Of a stretch of 64,000 nt of DNA, positions 12,906 to 23,079 are shown one piece after another; position 1 is the stretch's first letter, and every line of letters starts with the position of its first letter. A program made the position numbers and the translations under genes. Origin of the DNA: Eledone cirrhosa (taxonomy: Eukaryota); assembly GCA_964016885.1 (NCBI GenBank), contig OZ024742.1:95728001-95792000 (forward strand), given 5' to 3'. Under the pieces are notes generated by a model, which saw nothing but the letters and a program-made list of their open reading frames with translations, was not told the origin of the DNA and ran no database searches.

Positions 12906-13109
12906 AAACCACAGACCCTCCATCTCAACTCACCTTTTGAAAAGCAGAAGAACTGCGAAACCGGTAAAGGAACCAAATATATATATATATTTTTTTTAAA
13001 AATAAGACTCCAGTTGCATTTTCGATTTCATCTCTTTTTCTTTATACTTTCACTCGTGTAGGACACCTCGGTTATTTTTCATTTTGTAAAAAAAACCTCA
13101 CCTTCTAAT
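12906..13109 (+). mobile_element. Penelope-like element 3' terminus (same family as 50224-53614) containing a minimal hammerhead
   Basis: Near-identical to the reverse complement of 50224-50424. Confidence 0.88.
12933..12970 (+). ncRNA. minimal type I hammerhead ribozyme motif, U3-A8 core variant
   Basis: CCTT-TTGAAAA-GCAG(AAGAA)CTGC-GAAA-CCGG-TA-AAGG. Stem I is CCUU/AAGG, stem II is GCAG/CUGC, and stem III is the palindrome ACCGGU. Confidence 0.72.
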
Positions 13110-13274
13110 GTATATATATATATATATCATCATTTCATTTTACGTCCGCTTTTCCCTGCTTGCAAGTGTGGGACGGGAACTGATTCTGGCTTGATTTCTA
13201 CAGCTCGATGCCCTTCCTAACACCAACTTCATTTACAGTGAGTGCTGGGTGGTATTTTGCAGTGCAATGATATA

Positions 13275-13430
13275 GACCCCAGTCCCTATCATCTCATTTC
13301 TACAGCTGACTAAACTGGAGCAATTTGAAGTAAAGTGTCTTGCTCGAGAAAACAACACATCACCTGGTCTGAGAATTGAACTCACAACCTTTCGATTGCA
13401 AGGCCAATGCTCTAACCACTAAGCCATGTT
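13275..13430 (-). mobile_element. tRNA-derived SINE family B (CORE-like body)
   Basis: Minus strand has A box TGGCTTAGTGG, B box GAGTTCAATTC, and a GAGCAAGACACTTTAC body. Confidence 0.8.
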
Positions 13431-13438
13431 CCTATATA

Positions 13439-13570
<132 letters not shown>

Positions 13571-13962
13571 ATCATCATCATCATCATCATCAACGTTTAA
13601 CGTCCGTGTTCCACACTTGCATGGGTTTGGGCGGGGGTATTCCCACTTGAGGCAAGAGTGATTGTCTTGCTCGCATAGCACTGTCTGGCAGGTTTTCTAC
13701 AGTTGGATGCCCTTCCTAACACCAACCACATTTACAGTGTGGGTCTGGGAGGTTTTTACCGTGTTGCCTACACGGCCACATTACAGCGTGGACTGTGTGT
13801 TTTTTTGTCGTGACACCTACACGATCTCATTTGTTTCGGCCTGGATGGCGTGGCACCAACATAACTTTACATAGAAGGGGGTGGTGTGGATGGGGTGGGG
13901 ATGGTGGGACGGGTGTATTTTGTTAGAGATGCCTACTGGCTGTAGTAGGTTTTACTATGTAT

Positions 13963-16900
13963 TTAGGTAAGGCGGGTCTTCTCTGTTACTGAGTACCGCC
14001 AAAGGTCTCGGTCCAGTGACATTGTCTTGGAGAGGTGTAAGTGTGTGAGGTCGGAGTTTATCAGCTTGTCCCAGGTTTTTCTAGGTCTGCCTATACCGTG
14101 GCTACCGTCTATCTTTATTGCCCTGCACTTTGTTATACAGCTATCGACTTTCATGCGCATCACGTGTCCATACCAACGTAGCCTTCTCTCGAGTAAACAA
14201 CATCTGATCCCTCTTATCTCTAATTTTTTCCTTAGTTCGTTTATGCTTTGCCGTTCACGTATATTACTGTTACACATCCAGCGGAGCATGCAAGCTTCGT
14301 TCCTCTCTAGTTTGCGTATATCCTCTGCACACAATGCCCAGGTCTCACTGCCATGCAACATTGCTGTTCGTATGCAGGCATCGTACAACCTGCCTTTCAT
14401 TTTTAGGGAGAACCATTTAGCAGCTAATAGTGGTATAAGCTCTCTGAACTTTTTCCAACCAGTTCTGACTCTAGCTACTGTACTTTCAGAGCACCCTCCC
14501 CCACTGCTGATTATATCGCCCAGGTAACGGAAGCTGTCCACTATTTCTATAGAACCCTCTGCGCAATTGAAAGAGCTAGTATTTTGTGGGCACTTGCTGC
14601 TACTTATTGCACCAGAACACCGGCCACATGTAAAATCTATGTTCTTAGTTAGCTTACCTGTGATCCCACTACATCTTTTATGCACCCATACTTTGCATTT
14701 AGGACATAAAATGGAGTTTCTACCTACACCTTTCCTACACACCGAGCACGACCATTTCCCAGAAGGGACCGCCGCCTTGTTTTCTTTCCTACAAACTAGA
14801 ACTTTGGTCTTAGCCAGATTAATTTTAAGTCCTTTTGACTCTAGGCCGTGCTTCCATGTTTGGAATTTCTTCTCTAGCTCGGCCATTGATTCCGCTATGA
14901 GTGTCAGTTCGTCTGCGTATAGGAGTTCCCATGGGCAGCCTGTCTTGAACTCCTCTGTTATAGCCTGAAGGGCAATAATAAATAGTAGGGGGCTGAGAAC
15001 AGAGCCCTGATGGACGCCAACTTTTACGCTAAACTCTTCACTATATTCGTTGTTAATTCTAACCTTGCTGACTGTTTCTTTATACATGGCTGGTATAGCC
15101 CTCACAAGCCATTCGTCAACGCCTAGTTTTCTAAGAGCCCACCAGATAATGGAGCGGAGGACTGTGTCGAAGGATTTCTCCAAGTCGACAAAAGCTAAGT
15201 AGAGGGGTTTACCTTTAGCTAGGTACTTCTCCTGTAGTTGTCGTACTATGAAAAGAGCGTCTGTGGTACTTTTGGCTGACACAAACCCGAACTGCATTTC
15301 ATCTAGGTCAATTCTCTCTCTGATTAGTTGCGCTATTACTTTTTCCGTGACCTTCATGACCTGGTCGATTAATTTAATGCCTCTATAGTTACTCCTATCT
15401 AGGGCGTCTCCTTTACCCTTATAACAGTTAACGATGATGCTGCTATGCCAGTCCTTTGGAACAACCCCATTCTGTACGACTTGGTTAACTATGCGGGTGA
15501 CCATGGTGTGTCCCACCGTGCCAGATGCCTTCAGCATCTCAGCAACTATTTCCGAAGGCCCAGCCGCCTTACCCGTCTTCATATCCTTGATTGCCTTACT
15601 TATTATACTCCCCTCGACTAACACTGCTGGTCCCTCTATTGGGTCGATATGGGGGAGACTGTCTTTCTCCCATTTATTCTCCTCATTTAGTAGCCTTTCA
15701 TAGTGACACTTCCAAGCTACTTTCTTATCAGCGTCGGTGATGGCAAGTATGCCATCATCGTTAAGTACACACTTCTCCCCGACAATATCACGGTTTTCCT
15801 TGACGCATTGCCTAGCAATCCTGAACACCTCACGTTTTTGGTCATCGCTTTGTAGAACATGCTTGAACTTTCTTTCCTCAGCTTCCCTTCTTGCTAAGTA
15901 CACTTCTCTCCTAGCTTCCCTCCAGGCCACTTGATAGTCTACTCTACCTCCCCCATCCCGCCATACTTTCCAAGCCTGCTTTTTGGCCTTAATTGACCCC
16001 TCCACCTTACTGTTCCACCACCATGTTACTCTCCTCCTGCCTACAGGCCTGCTCCAGCCACAGACTTCGTCTGTCGCCAACAGCAGGTTTGCTTTCAGAA
16101 ATTCCCACTGTCCCTCTATATTGTCCGACTCTAAATGTTCTTCCTTACTGTCGAAAGCATCAAGTAATATGCTTTGAAATTTATTTCTGGCTGTGGGGTC
16201 CTTTAGCTTCCATATTTTTCTCCTGAGGATAGTCCTCTTCTGCTGTCGAGTACGTCTCGTCCTGACTATGAGGTCGCTAATTATCAGTCTATGTTGGGAG
16301 GTGCATTCTTCATGGCGGAGGGATTTAGTGTTTACAACAGACACTCTGTCACGTCTTCTCGTAAGGATATAATCTACCTGGCTTGTGTGTTCCCCGGATC
16401 TATAGGTGATCAGGTGATTGTCACGTTTTTTGAAGTTAGTGTTACAGATAGTTAGGTTATTTGCATCACAGAATTCCAGGATTCTGGAGCCTTCCTCATT
16501 TCTAGTACCAAACCCATAGCCTCCATGGATTTCGTCGTAGCCGTCACAATGTTGTCCAACGTGACCATTTAGGTCGCCTGCAATAATTATATAGTCACTG
16601 TCAGATATTTGGGAGGTAGTTAGCATCAGTGTCTCATAGAATCTGTCTTTTATAGTGCCGGGCAGTCCGGATTGGGGTGCGTACGCAGATATTACTGTCA
16701 CCGTAGTTCTATTGAGGACAAGTCGTATTTTAATTATTCTGTCGTTCACTCTATTTACGTCTATTATCTTATCTGACCACTTTTCTGCTACCATGATTCC
16801 TACTCCACCCAGCCCATCGTCGTTTCCCACCCAGAAAAGCTTATAACATCGTTTTTTACCCTCAATGAATCTAGCAGACCCACCCCTCCACCTGGTCTCT

Positions 16901-17229
16901 TGAATACAACAAACATCGACCTCCTTACGTTGAAGCATTTCTACAACCTCGTTAGCGCGACCCTTTAGGGTGCCTACATTTATGGTACCAACTCTGAAGT
17001 TTTGGATTGCGTTTGGAGGGTGGGGGCGGTGGGGGGCGGGGCGAGATGGGGTTATGTTAGCCATCCGCGGACGAAACAAAGAGGAGTGCTCGCATTCTCG
17101 TCGACGAGGTGAATTTGACTTTAACTTTGGCATTTTCGCTCTGAGCGTCCAGATTTTTCTCTCCCTTCCACTCTCCAGGATTCCGCAGTCCATCCATCCA
17201 TCCATCATATATCGAAGGCAACCGGGCAA
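13963..17229 (-). CDS. RTE LINE ORF: AP endonuclease + reverse transcriptase with inserted PHD-type finger; catalytic motif YADE
   Basis: APE motifs GTINVGT, QETRW, SAYAPQ, GDLNGHVG and SQVDYIL. RT motifs QFGF, AFVDLEK, GVHQGSVLSPLLF, YADE and FRYLG. The track start is a TTG; the true start is probably a downstream ATG (17208, 17133 or 17064). Confidence 0.93.
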   Translation of the reverse strand: MPGCLRYMMDGWMDCGILESGRERKIWTLRAKMPKLKSNSPRRRECEHSSLFRPRMANITPSRPAPHRPHPPNAIQNFRVGTINVGTLKGRANEVVEMLQRKEVDVCCIQETRWRGGSARFIEGKKRCYKLFWVGNDDGLGGVGIMVAEKWSDKIIDVNRVNDRIIKIRLVLNRTTVTVISAYAPQSGLPGTIKDRFYETLMLTTSQISDSDYIIIAGDLNGHVGQHCDGYDEIHGGYGFGTRNEEGSRILEFCDANNLTICNTNFKKRDNHLITYRSGEHTSQVDYILTRRRDRVSVVNTKSLRHEECTSQHRLIISDLIVRTRRTRQQKRTILRRKIWKLKDPTARNKFQSILLDAFDSKEEHLESDNIEGQWEFLKANLLLATDEVCGWSRPVGRRRVTWWWNSKVEGSIKAKKQAWKVWRDGGGRVDYQVAWREARREVYLARREAEERKFKHVLQSDDQKREVFRIARQCVKENRDIVGEKCVLNDDGILAITDADKKVAWKCHYERLLNEENKWEKDSLPHIDPIEGPAVLVEGSIISKAIKDMKTGKAAGPSEIVAEMLKASGTVGHTMVTRIVNQVVQNGVVPKDWHSSIIVNCYKGKGDALDRSNYRGIKLIDQVMKVTEKVIAQLIRERIDLDEMQFGFVSAKSTTDALFIVRQLQEKYLAKGKPLYLAFVDLEKSFDTVLRSIIWWALRKLGVDEWLVRAIPAMYKETVSKVRINNEYSEEFSVKVGVHQGSVLSPLLFIIALQAITEEFKTGCPWELLYADELTLIAESMAELEKKFQTWKHGLESKGLKINLAKTKVLVCRKENKAAVPSGKWSCSVCRKGVGRNSILCPKCKVWVHKRCSGITGKLTKNIDFTCGRCSGAISSSKCPQNTSSFNCAEGSIEIVDSFRYLGDIISSGGGCSESTVARVRTGWKKFRELIPLLAAKWFSLKMKGRLYDACIRTAMLHGSETWALCAEDIRKLERNEACMLRWMCNSNIRERQSINELRKKLEIRGIRCCLLERRLRWYGHVMRMKVDSCITKCRAIKIDGSHGIGRPRKTWDKLINSDLTHLHLSKTMSLDRDLWRYSVTEKTRLT

Positions 17230-17246
17230 GCGATAGTATAGGCCTC

Positions 17247-17331
17247 TGGCTTATGATTGGTCCGCGTAATAATAATAATGGTGATGCGTGGGGGGGGGGG
17301 GGGGGCTTTGGCTTATGATTGGTCCACGTAT
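17247..17331 (-). promoter_or_regulatory. duplicated CCAAT-containing motif upstream of the RTE ORF (putative internal promoter)
   Basis: TGGCTTATGATTGGTCCRCGTA occurs twice (CCAAT on the minus strand), separated by a G-run. Confidence 0.4.
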
Positions 17332-17765
17332 TAAGAATGGTGGTGGGAGGGGTGTGGGGTAGCTAGCTGGAAGGTTATGAATGTTTAACAAGCGATTAAC
17401 AAAAAGCAAAACTGCAAGATTTGTTCTGTTCAATACGACAAAAACAACCGTATTTAAACATAAATAAATAACAAAAAATACAGATTTCGGATTTTGCGAG
17501 ATTGGATGTTTGGACTAGGTACGAAATTGAAGCGTGGAGTAGATAGAAAAATGTGTACGTTACGATTACATGGGTACACCGTAGTAGGAAAACAGCACTT
17601 AATTGAAGCAGCAATGAATTGGCGAAAAGTGAATAAACATGAAGGGGAATTTATCTTATATATATATATATGTAGCTAAGAGAGAGAGAGGGGGGAAGGG
17701 GGAGAGAGAGGGTGGCTGGCTGACCGCAGCCCCTCGTGAAGTAGATGGAGGGTGAAGGGTGCCTG

Positions 17766-17804
<39 letters not shown>

Positions 17805-18003
17805 CTGAAGACGGCATATATATGTGTTTGGTATGTATATTTAATTTTGATAGTTTGTATAATTTTGTATAATTTGGTACATAGATCTGTTGAATATGCA
17901 TGCCAATTCTAACACATATATATCCTAGAAACAATCGTTAAATAATGAACTTTTTTTGTTTAACATAAGGAACTGTTTCATTGTTTTATTCATTATTTTT
18001 TTA

Positions 18004-18186
<183 letters not shown>

Positions 18187-18342
18187 GCAGTGCTTTGGCA
18201 GTATCGGTAGAGCGTCAGACACCATGTTCTGAGTTCAAATCCGCTGAGGTTAACTTTGCCTTTCATTCTGACGAGGTCGATAAAATAAAGTACCAGTGGT
18301 GCACTGCGGTTATCGCTGGCCTTGTGCCAAAAGTAGAAATAA
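18187..18342 (+). mobile_element. SINE family A
   Basis: GGCAGTATCGGTAGAG A-box region, GAGTTCAAATCC B box, GCCTTTCAT..GGTCGATAAAATAAAGTACCAG core and GGCCTTGTGCCAAAAGTAGAAA tail. Confidence 0.88.
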
Positions 18343-18388
18343 AATATATATATATATACATATATATGTATATATATACATATGTATG

Positions 18389-18434
<46 letters not shown>

Positions 18435-18437
<3 letters not shown>

Positions 18438-18572
18438 GTATATATATAGTGTATTTGGTAATACACTGTATGCTTAATTAAAAGCATTTTGAAGATCTTA
18501 TGCTAGCGTAACGTCTTCAAAATGCTTTTAATTAAGTATACAGTGTATTACCAAATCCACTGTATATACATT
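18435..18572. repeat. ~140-bp near-perfect palindrome (foldback hairpin)
   Basis: GTATTTGGTAATACACTGTATGCTTAATTAAAAGCATTTTGAAGA is mirrored by TCTTCAAAATGCTTTTAATTAAGTATACAGTGTATTACCAAAT around the centre TTATGCTAGCGTAA. Confidence 0.92.
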
Positions 18573-18602
18573 CATACATACATCGTTATTTCAGAGCACA
18601 AA

Positions 18603-18644
<42 letters not shown>

Positions 18645-18896
18645 TGTTAAACAAGGTTCAATGAATACATCAAAGAATGAGTTTTACAATAGATTGGAAA
18701 CACTCAACAAAAAAGGATTTCCAGAGTTATTAATAATAATTCAAAATATTAACAAAATAGATATTCTTGTGATCAATTATATATTATTATACATATTTCA
18801 GAGTTACTGAGTTAAGTTCAAAAGTACGTCCTCATCAGATAAAATAATATGATAGATGACATACCCTGACATAGTAGATGGTTAAGAATCAGTCAT

Positions 18897-18949
<53 letters not shown>

Positions 18950-19060
18950 CAATATATATATATATAGCAATATATATATATATTTGCTTAAACTTTAATC
19001 TGTTATTTTAATAGATATATATATATCAAAATAAAGATCCGAAGGCATGGTATAAATTTC

Positions 19061-19156
19061 CAATCATTTTAATCATGACACATGTTTCAATAAGTGATAG
19101 ATTGATCCTGTAACCATGGTCGTTTATCACTGATCTCGTCAGGTGAAAATGAATTG
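19061..19156 (-). ncRNA. type I hammerhead motif with extended stem II, in a short element between (TA)n tracts (~19025-19315)
   Basis: Minus strand: CAATTCATTTTCAC-CTGACGA-GATCAGTGATA...TATCACTTATT-GAAA-CATGTG-TC-ATGATTAAAATGATTG. Confidence 0.65.
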
Positions 19157-19310
19157 TCTTCAAATCCTTGATCCAAATACTCCGTTTTACATCATCTAGC
19201 TCTTCCCATAAATGGAATTGGAGATATACAAAAGCGTGGAGAACTTAATATTGCTAACAAAAAATTATTGGACCATTTGGCACAACCAATAATACACCTT
19301 ACTATATAAC

Positions 19311-19346
<36 letters not shown>

Positions 19347-19596
19347 ATACTTGGGGAGGGTCATATTGTTGTAATAATATTGCCAGAAATAATAACAGAA
19401 CACACTCACTGTTTGGTTGGTTTTCGCTTCTGTATCTTTTATAACTCCACAGTTAATTCATTTGGTCCTTAATGTTTATCATTGACTGACCAACGGTAAA
19501 AAATACAGATTGCACATCTGCAACATCATCAGTGGTACTATTATGTTTCCTCCTCTTGTATTGTATGTCTACGCCATTTTCATTTTATATATATTT

Positions 19597-19670
<74 letters not shown>

Positions 19671-19671
19671 G

Positions 19672-20702
19672 GATAAAAGAGAAAACACGGGTAAGCACTA
19701 AAAAAGGATTTTATTCAGATATTTACGACCGTTTCATTTGTAAGTGCAACCTTATATTGTTATACTGCAAATAGCAGCCACCCAATAATAATTATTGTAC
19801 ACGTCCAAATTTTCAAAATAGTGAATAAGTTACTCTTTAACAAGTTCTTAATATATAGAGAAAAACATTTTTTGGAATTGTATTTGCTAGTATAGAGAGA
19901 GAGGAAGAGGAATTAGAAAGCAGAGGGACAAAAGGAGTAGTACAGAGAGAGAGGAAGGGGGAGAAGAATTAAGAAGTATGGTGACAAACTGAGATGGAGG
20001 GAGGGGTATAGGTGGAATCTTTGATCAGTTTTGATATATGTAGACATGATGTCGATTTAGAGTGTAGTGAGTTAAAGAGAATTAAATTGTTTATAGTGGG
20101 TGGGATGGCGAGAGAGAGAGAAAGAGAGAGAGAGAGGGGGAGAGATAAAGAGATAAATATATATATATATATATATATAAAATAATAATAATAAATAAAG
20201 AAATAAAGAAATAAAATAAAGAAGGGCGGTGGAGAAAGAAGAAAAGGAAAGACATCAAAAAAAAAGGGAGAGAGAAGAAAGGAAGAAAACGAAAAGAAAT
20301 AGAAAAGGAATGAAGGAGAAGGGAGGGATATAGGTATTGGTTTATGTGAGTAATTAAAGGGGTTGTATACAATAAGAGGGTAGAAAGTCTAAGTATATGC
20401 AGTTTGTCAGGTGGTAGTAAGAGGTTAAGGGTTCGATTTGGACTTGTAGTGCGAACATTTTTCTTTGAGTCTATAGTTACAATAAATCGATCTTTCGATT
20501 TTATTGTTGAGTAACTTATTCTTCGAACTCAAAATGTGGAACAGCCCAAGGTCACATAATCGACAGCTTCTCGTACCACTCCGATATGGGGCGCGTTCGA
20601 TAATGTGTTCCACTTCAGGATGTATTGATGGTTACTTTCCCTTAGTTGCCAGGTTTTGTTCGCGAGGGTAGTTACATAACGATCCTGGGAATGTTTCATT
20701 GC
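19672..20702 (-). mobile_element. Penelope-like element 3' fragment (GIY-YIG C-terminus with CxLC motif, frameshifted; pyrimidine-rich 3' UTR; HHR remnant)
   Basis: Joined frames read TTLANKTWQLRESNHQYILKW/IIERAPYRSGTRSCRLCDL..HILSSKNKLLNNKIE..YCNY. GAAACGGTC lies at 19735-19727, and both ends are in (TA)n. Confidence 0.75.
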
Positions 20703-20738
20703 ATATATATATATACACATATATGTACACACACACAT

Positions 20739-20817
<79 letters not shown>

Positions 20818-21563
20818 AAATGATATGAAACGAAAGGAGCTGTGTGGTTACTAAAAACAAGGTTTAGGATGGTGGTTAGGACGGAACAGGAGGAGAAAGG
20901 AAGAAACGAGTTCCCATCGTCAGCTGTAAATGTTTCCTGATCCAATGTTTCAGCGCTGAATTACAGGACATCAGGGTAGTTCGGGTGCACCCGAGGCCTT
21001 TTATTAATCAAAAGGTCAGGGAGGAAAAACGGGGGGGGGGGTGAGGAGAGAGGAAGAAAGGGTGAAGGGAAAAGGGGAAAAAATAGGAAAGGAATAGGAG
21101 AACAAAAAGTGTACAGGTCCCATCGTGGGAAGACACAGGTGAAAGAAACGTGTGTATGTACATTACGTCTCTCATATTATTGTTCTGCAACCCCATGCAT
21201 TGAACCACAAAGTTACTAAGACAAAACCTATATATTTGCTAGCATTGATATGCATCTGTATGTATATATATGTTACTAGATATTAATTCTTTATAATTAT
21301 CTCCAAATTATTTGTCGAGCAATATTGGCCAAGACTGCTGCTATGGTAGCAGGCAGGCCGCTGTCTTATTAGCAAACCACTTTCCACTGATTGACCTCGA
21401 TGTCACGTGATTGATTCTTTTTGAATTTGCCACCGACACAGAGGCAGTGATTTTCTCAATGGCTAGGAATTCAGTCCACGCTTTGCTATTTTCTATCCAC
21501 TGAATTATTTTTTAATAAGTTTCCAGAGTCCACGCTTTGCCTGGATACTTAGCTGAGAATAGT

Positions 21564-21643
21564 CTTCCCTGACGACGAAATGATTCTCAATGTTTTCTTC
21601 GGAAAGTATATTTATTCCATTTCAGAAACTAATTAGTTGGAAG
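21564..21643 (+). ncRNA. type I hammerhead motif with canonical core and long stem II
   Basis: CTTCC-CTGACGA-CGAAATG...CATTTCA-GAAA-CTAATTAG-TT-GGAAG. Stem I is a perfect 5-bp helix and stem III is palindromic. It lies ~50 nt upstream of a (TA)n junction. Confidence 0.75.
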
Positions 21644-21692
21644 TGATATTTTAGTAAGTAAGTTAATTTTATAATTTTCTTATTTTACGTCT

Positions 21693-21745
<53 letters not shown>

Positions 21746-22599
21746 GTATTAGAATCAGGATGTTTGCTCCAACATAACTGTCTGCTGGAACAAATTAGAT
21801 GACATCAGTTATCACTTTTAAAATTTATACCTAAAGGCTTTCATTAGTTATTCATAAACACATTGTATATTATTCGATATACAAGGTTCACATAACATAT
21901 TTACACAGCTTTGTAGGAACGAACACCCTAATTCTAATTTAGTCTGCCAGCCTAAATTCCATATTCAAATGAGGCTTATCAGCTCATATATATAAGGAAA
22001 AAAAATTACGTTTTCATCTCATTTGAGTTCCAGTATGAGGCAAGGAAGGGGATACTTGACCTTGACAATGGTCAATCAGACAGAAACATTGCTGTCGGTT
22101 GCTTCCCTTTGCTTCTGCTGGAACAATGTTATCACCTTTAAAATTCATAACTAATGGCTTTTAAATGTTTATTTGTAAACATATATTAGTCAATATACAA
22201 CTTTTATATATATATATATAGTAATAATAATAAATGTGAAGACTAAAATCCAAAGAGGGCTTGATAAGGATAAATATATATCAAATATATAAGAACCGTA
22301 GAGCAGCGATTCTTTGCTTAAACTTTAATTTGTTATCTTAATAAATATGTATATATATATATACATACATGCATATATACATGTGCAACCCAAAGCATAT
22401 GATTTTAATAGTTGCCGATGACTAATAAATAATATCTGAGAAAATTGGTGAAGTACACTTGAAAATAGAAGTACCCTTAAAAAGTAGAGAGAGAGACACA
22501 TGTTAGGAATCGGTCTCTTCTTTTCTTAGATACCAAGTGAGTTAAGTTGTATTGGATAAATTTGATACATGTGTGTATCCCTTATTCAAATGACTATAA

Positions 22600-22925
22600 T
22601 AATGGTTTCTGATATAGGCACAAGGCTCACAATTTGGGGAGTGAGTAAGTTGATTAATTGAAGCACACTGCATTACTGGTACTTTTATTGAACCCACAAG
22701 AATGAAAGCCAAAACAAATCTCAGTGCAATTGAACTCAGAACATAGAAGGACGTAAATAGGTAATAATTGCTTCTACTTTAGGCACAAGGCCAGCAATTA
22801 TCCCAGTGTCTTACTTTATTTTATCGAACCCGTATGGATGAAAGGCAAAGTTAATCTTGGTCCGTAAAAGGGCGTAACTCTATGCTGCAAAGTATGGCGT
22901 CCGACCCTCTACCGATACTGCCAAA
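22600..22925 (-). mobile_element. two tandem SINE family A copies
   Basis: Reverse-complement core GATGAAAGGCAAAGTTAA and head CCGACCCTCTACCGATACTGCCA. Confidence 0.8.
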
Positions 22926-23079
22926 TAGTTCATCTTAAAAGATTTTTTATTTATATTTCTAACTGATTGATAAAAAACTTTAAAAATGGAAAGTGTTTAC
23001 ATGCCCAAAGTCTTCATAGTCAAAAACACGTGTTTTACAGTTAACAATAAGTTAACTTAATCTTCAAACATTTATAACT

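Larger units (their letters stand above)
13571..17658 (-). mobile_element. near-full-length RTE-clade LINE (subfamily A); 5' boundary uncertain (~17340-17767)
   Basis: Single long APE+RT ORF, 3' UTR at 13571-13962 with a (GAT)n tail, and CpG-retaining 5' leader. Embedded between (TA)n/(TG)n tracts. Confidence 0.92.

Noticed and set aside
13370-13430. tRNA genes at SINE heads
   Set aside because: A and B boxes are present, but they run into SINE bodies with no complete cloverleaf or acceptor stem.
14027-17236. Plus-strand ORFs overlapping the RTE ORF, and similar antisense ORFs over the Dong, Chapaev, Helitron and PLE ORFs
   Set aside because: Antisense shadows of TE coding sequence with no independent motifs.
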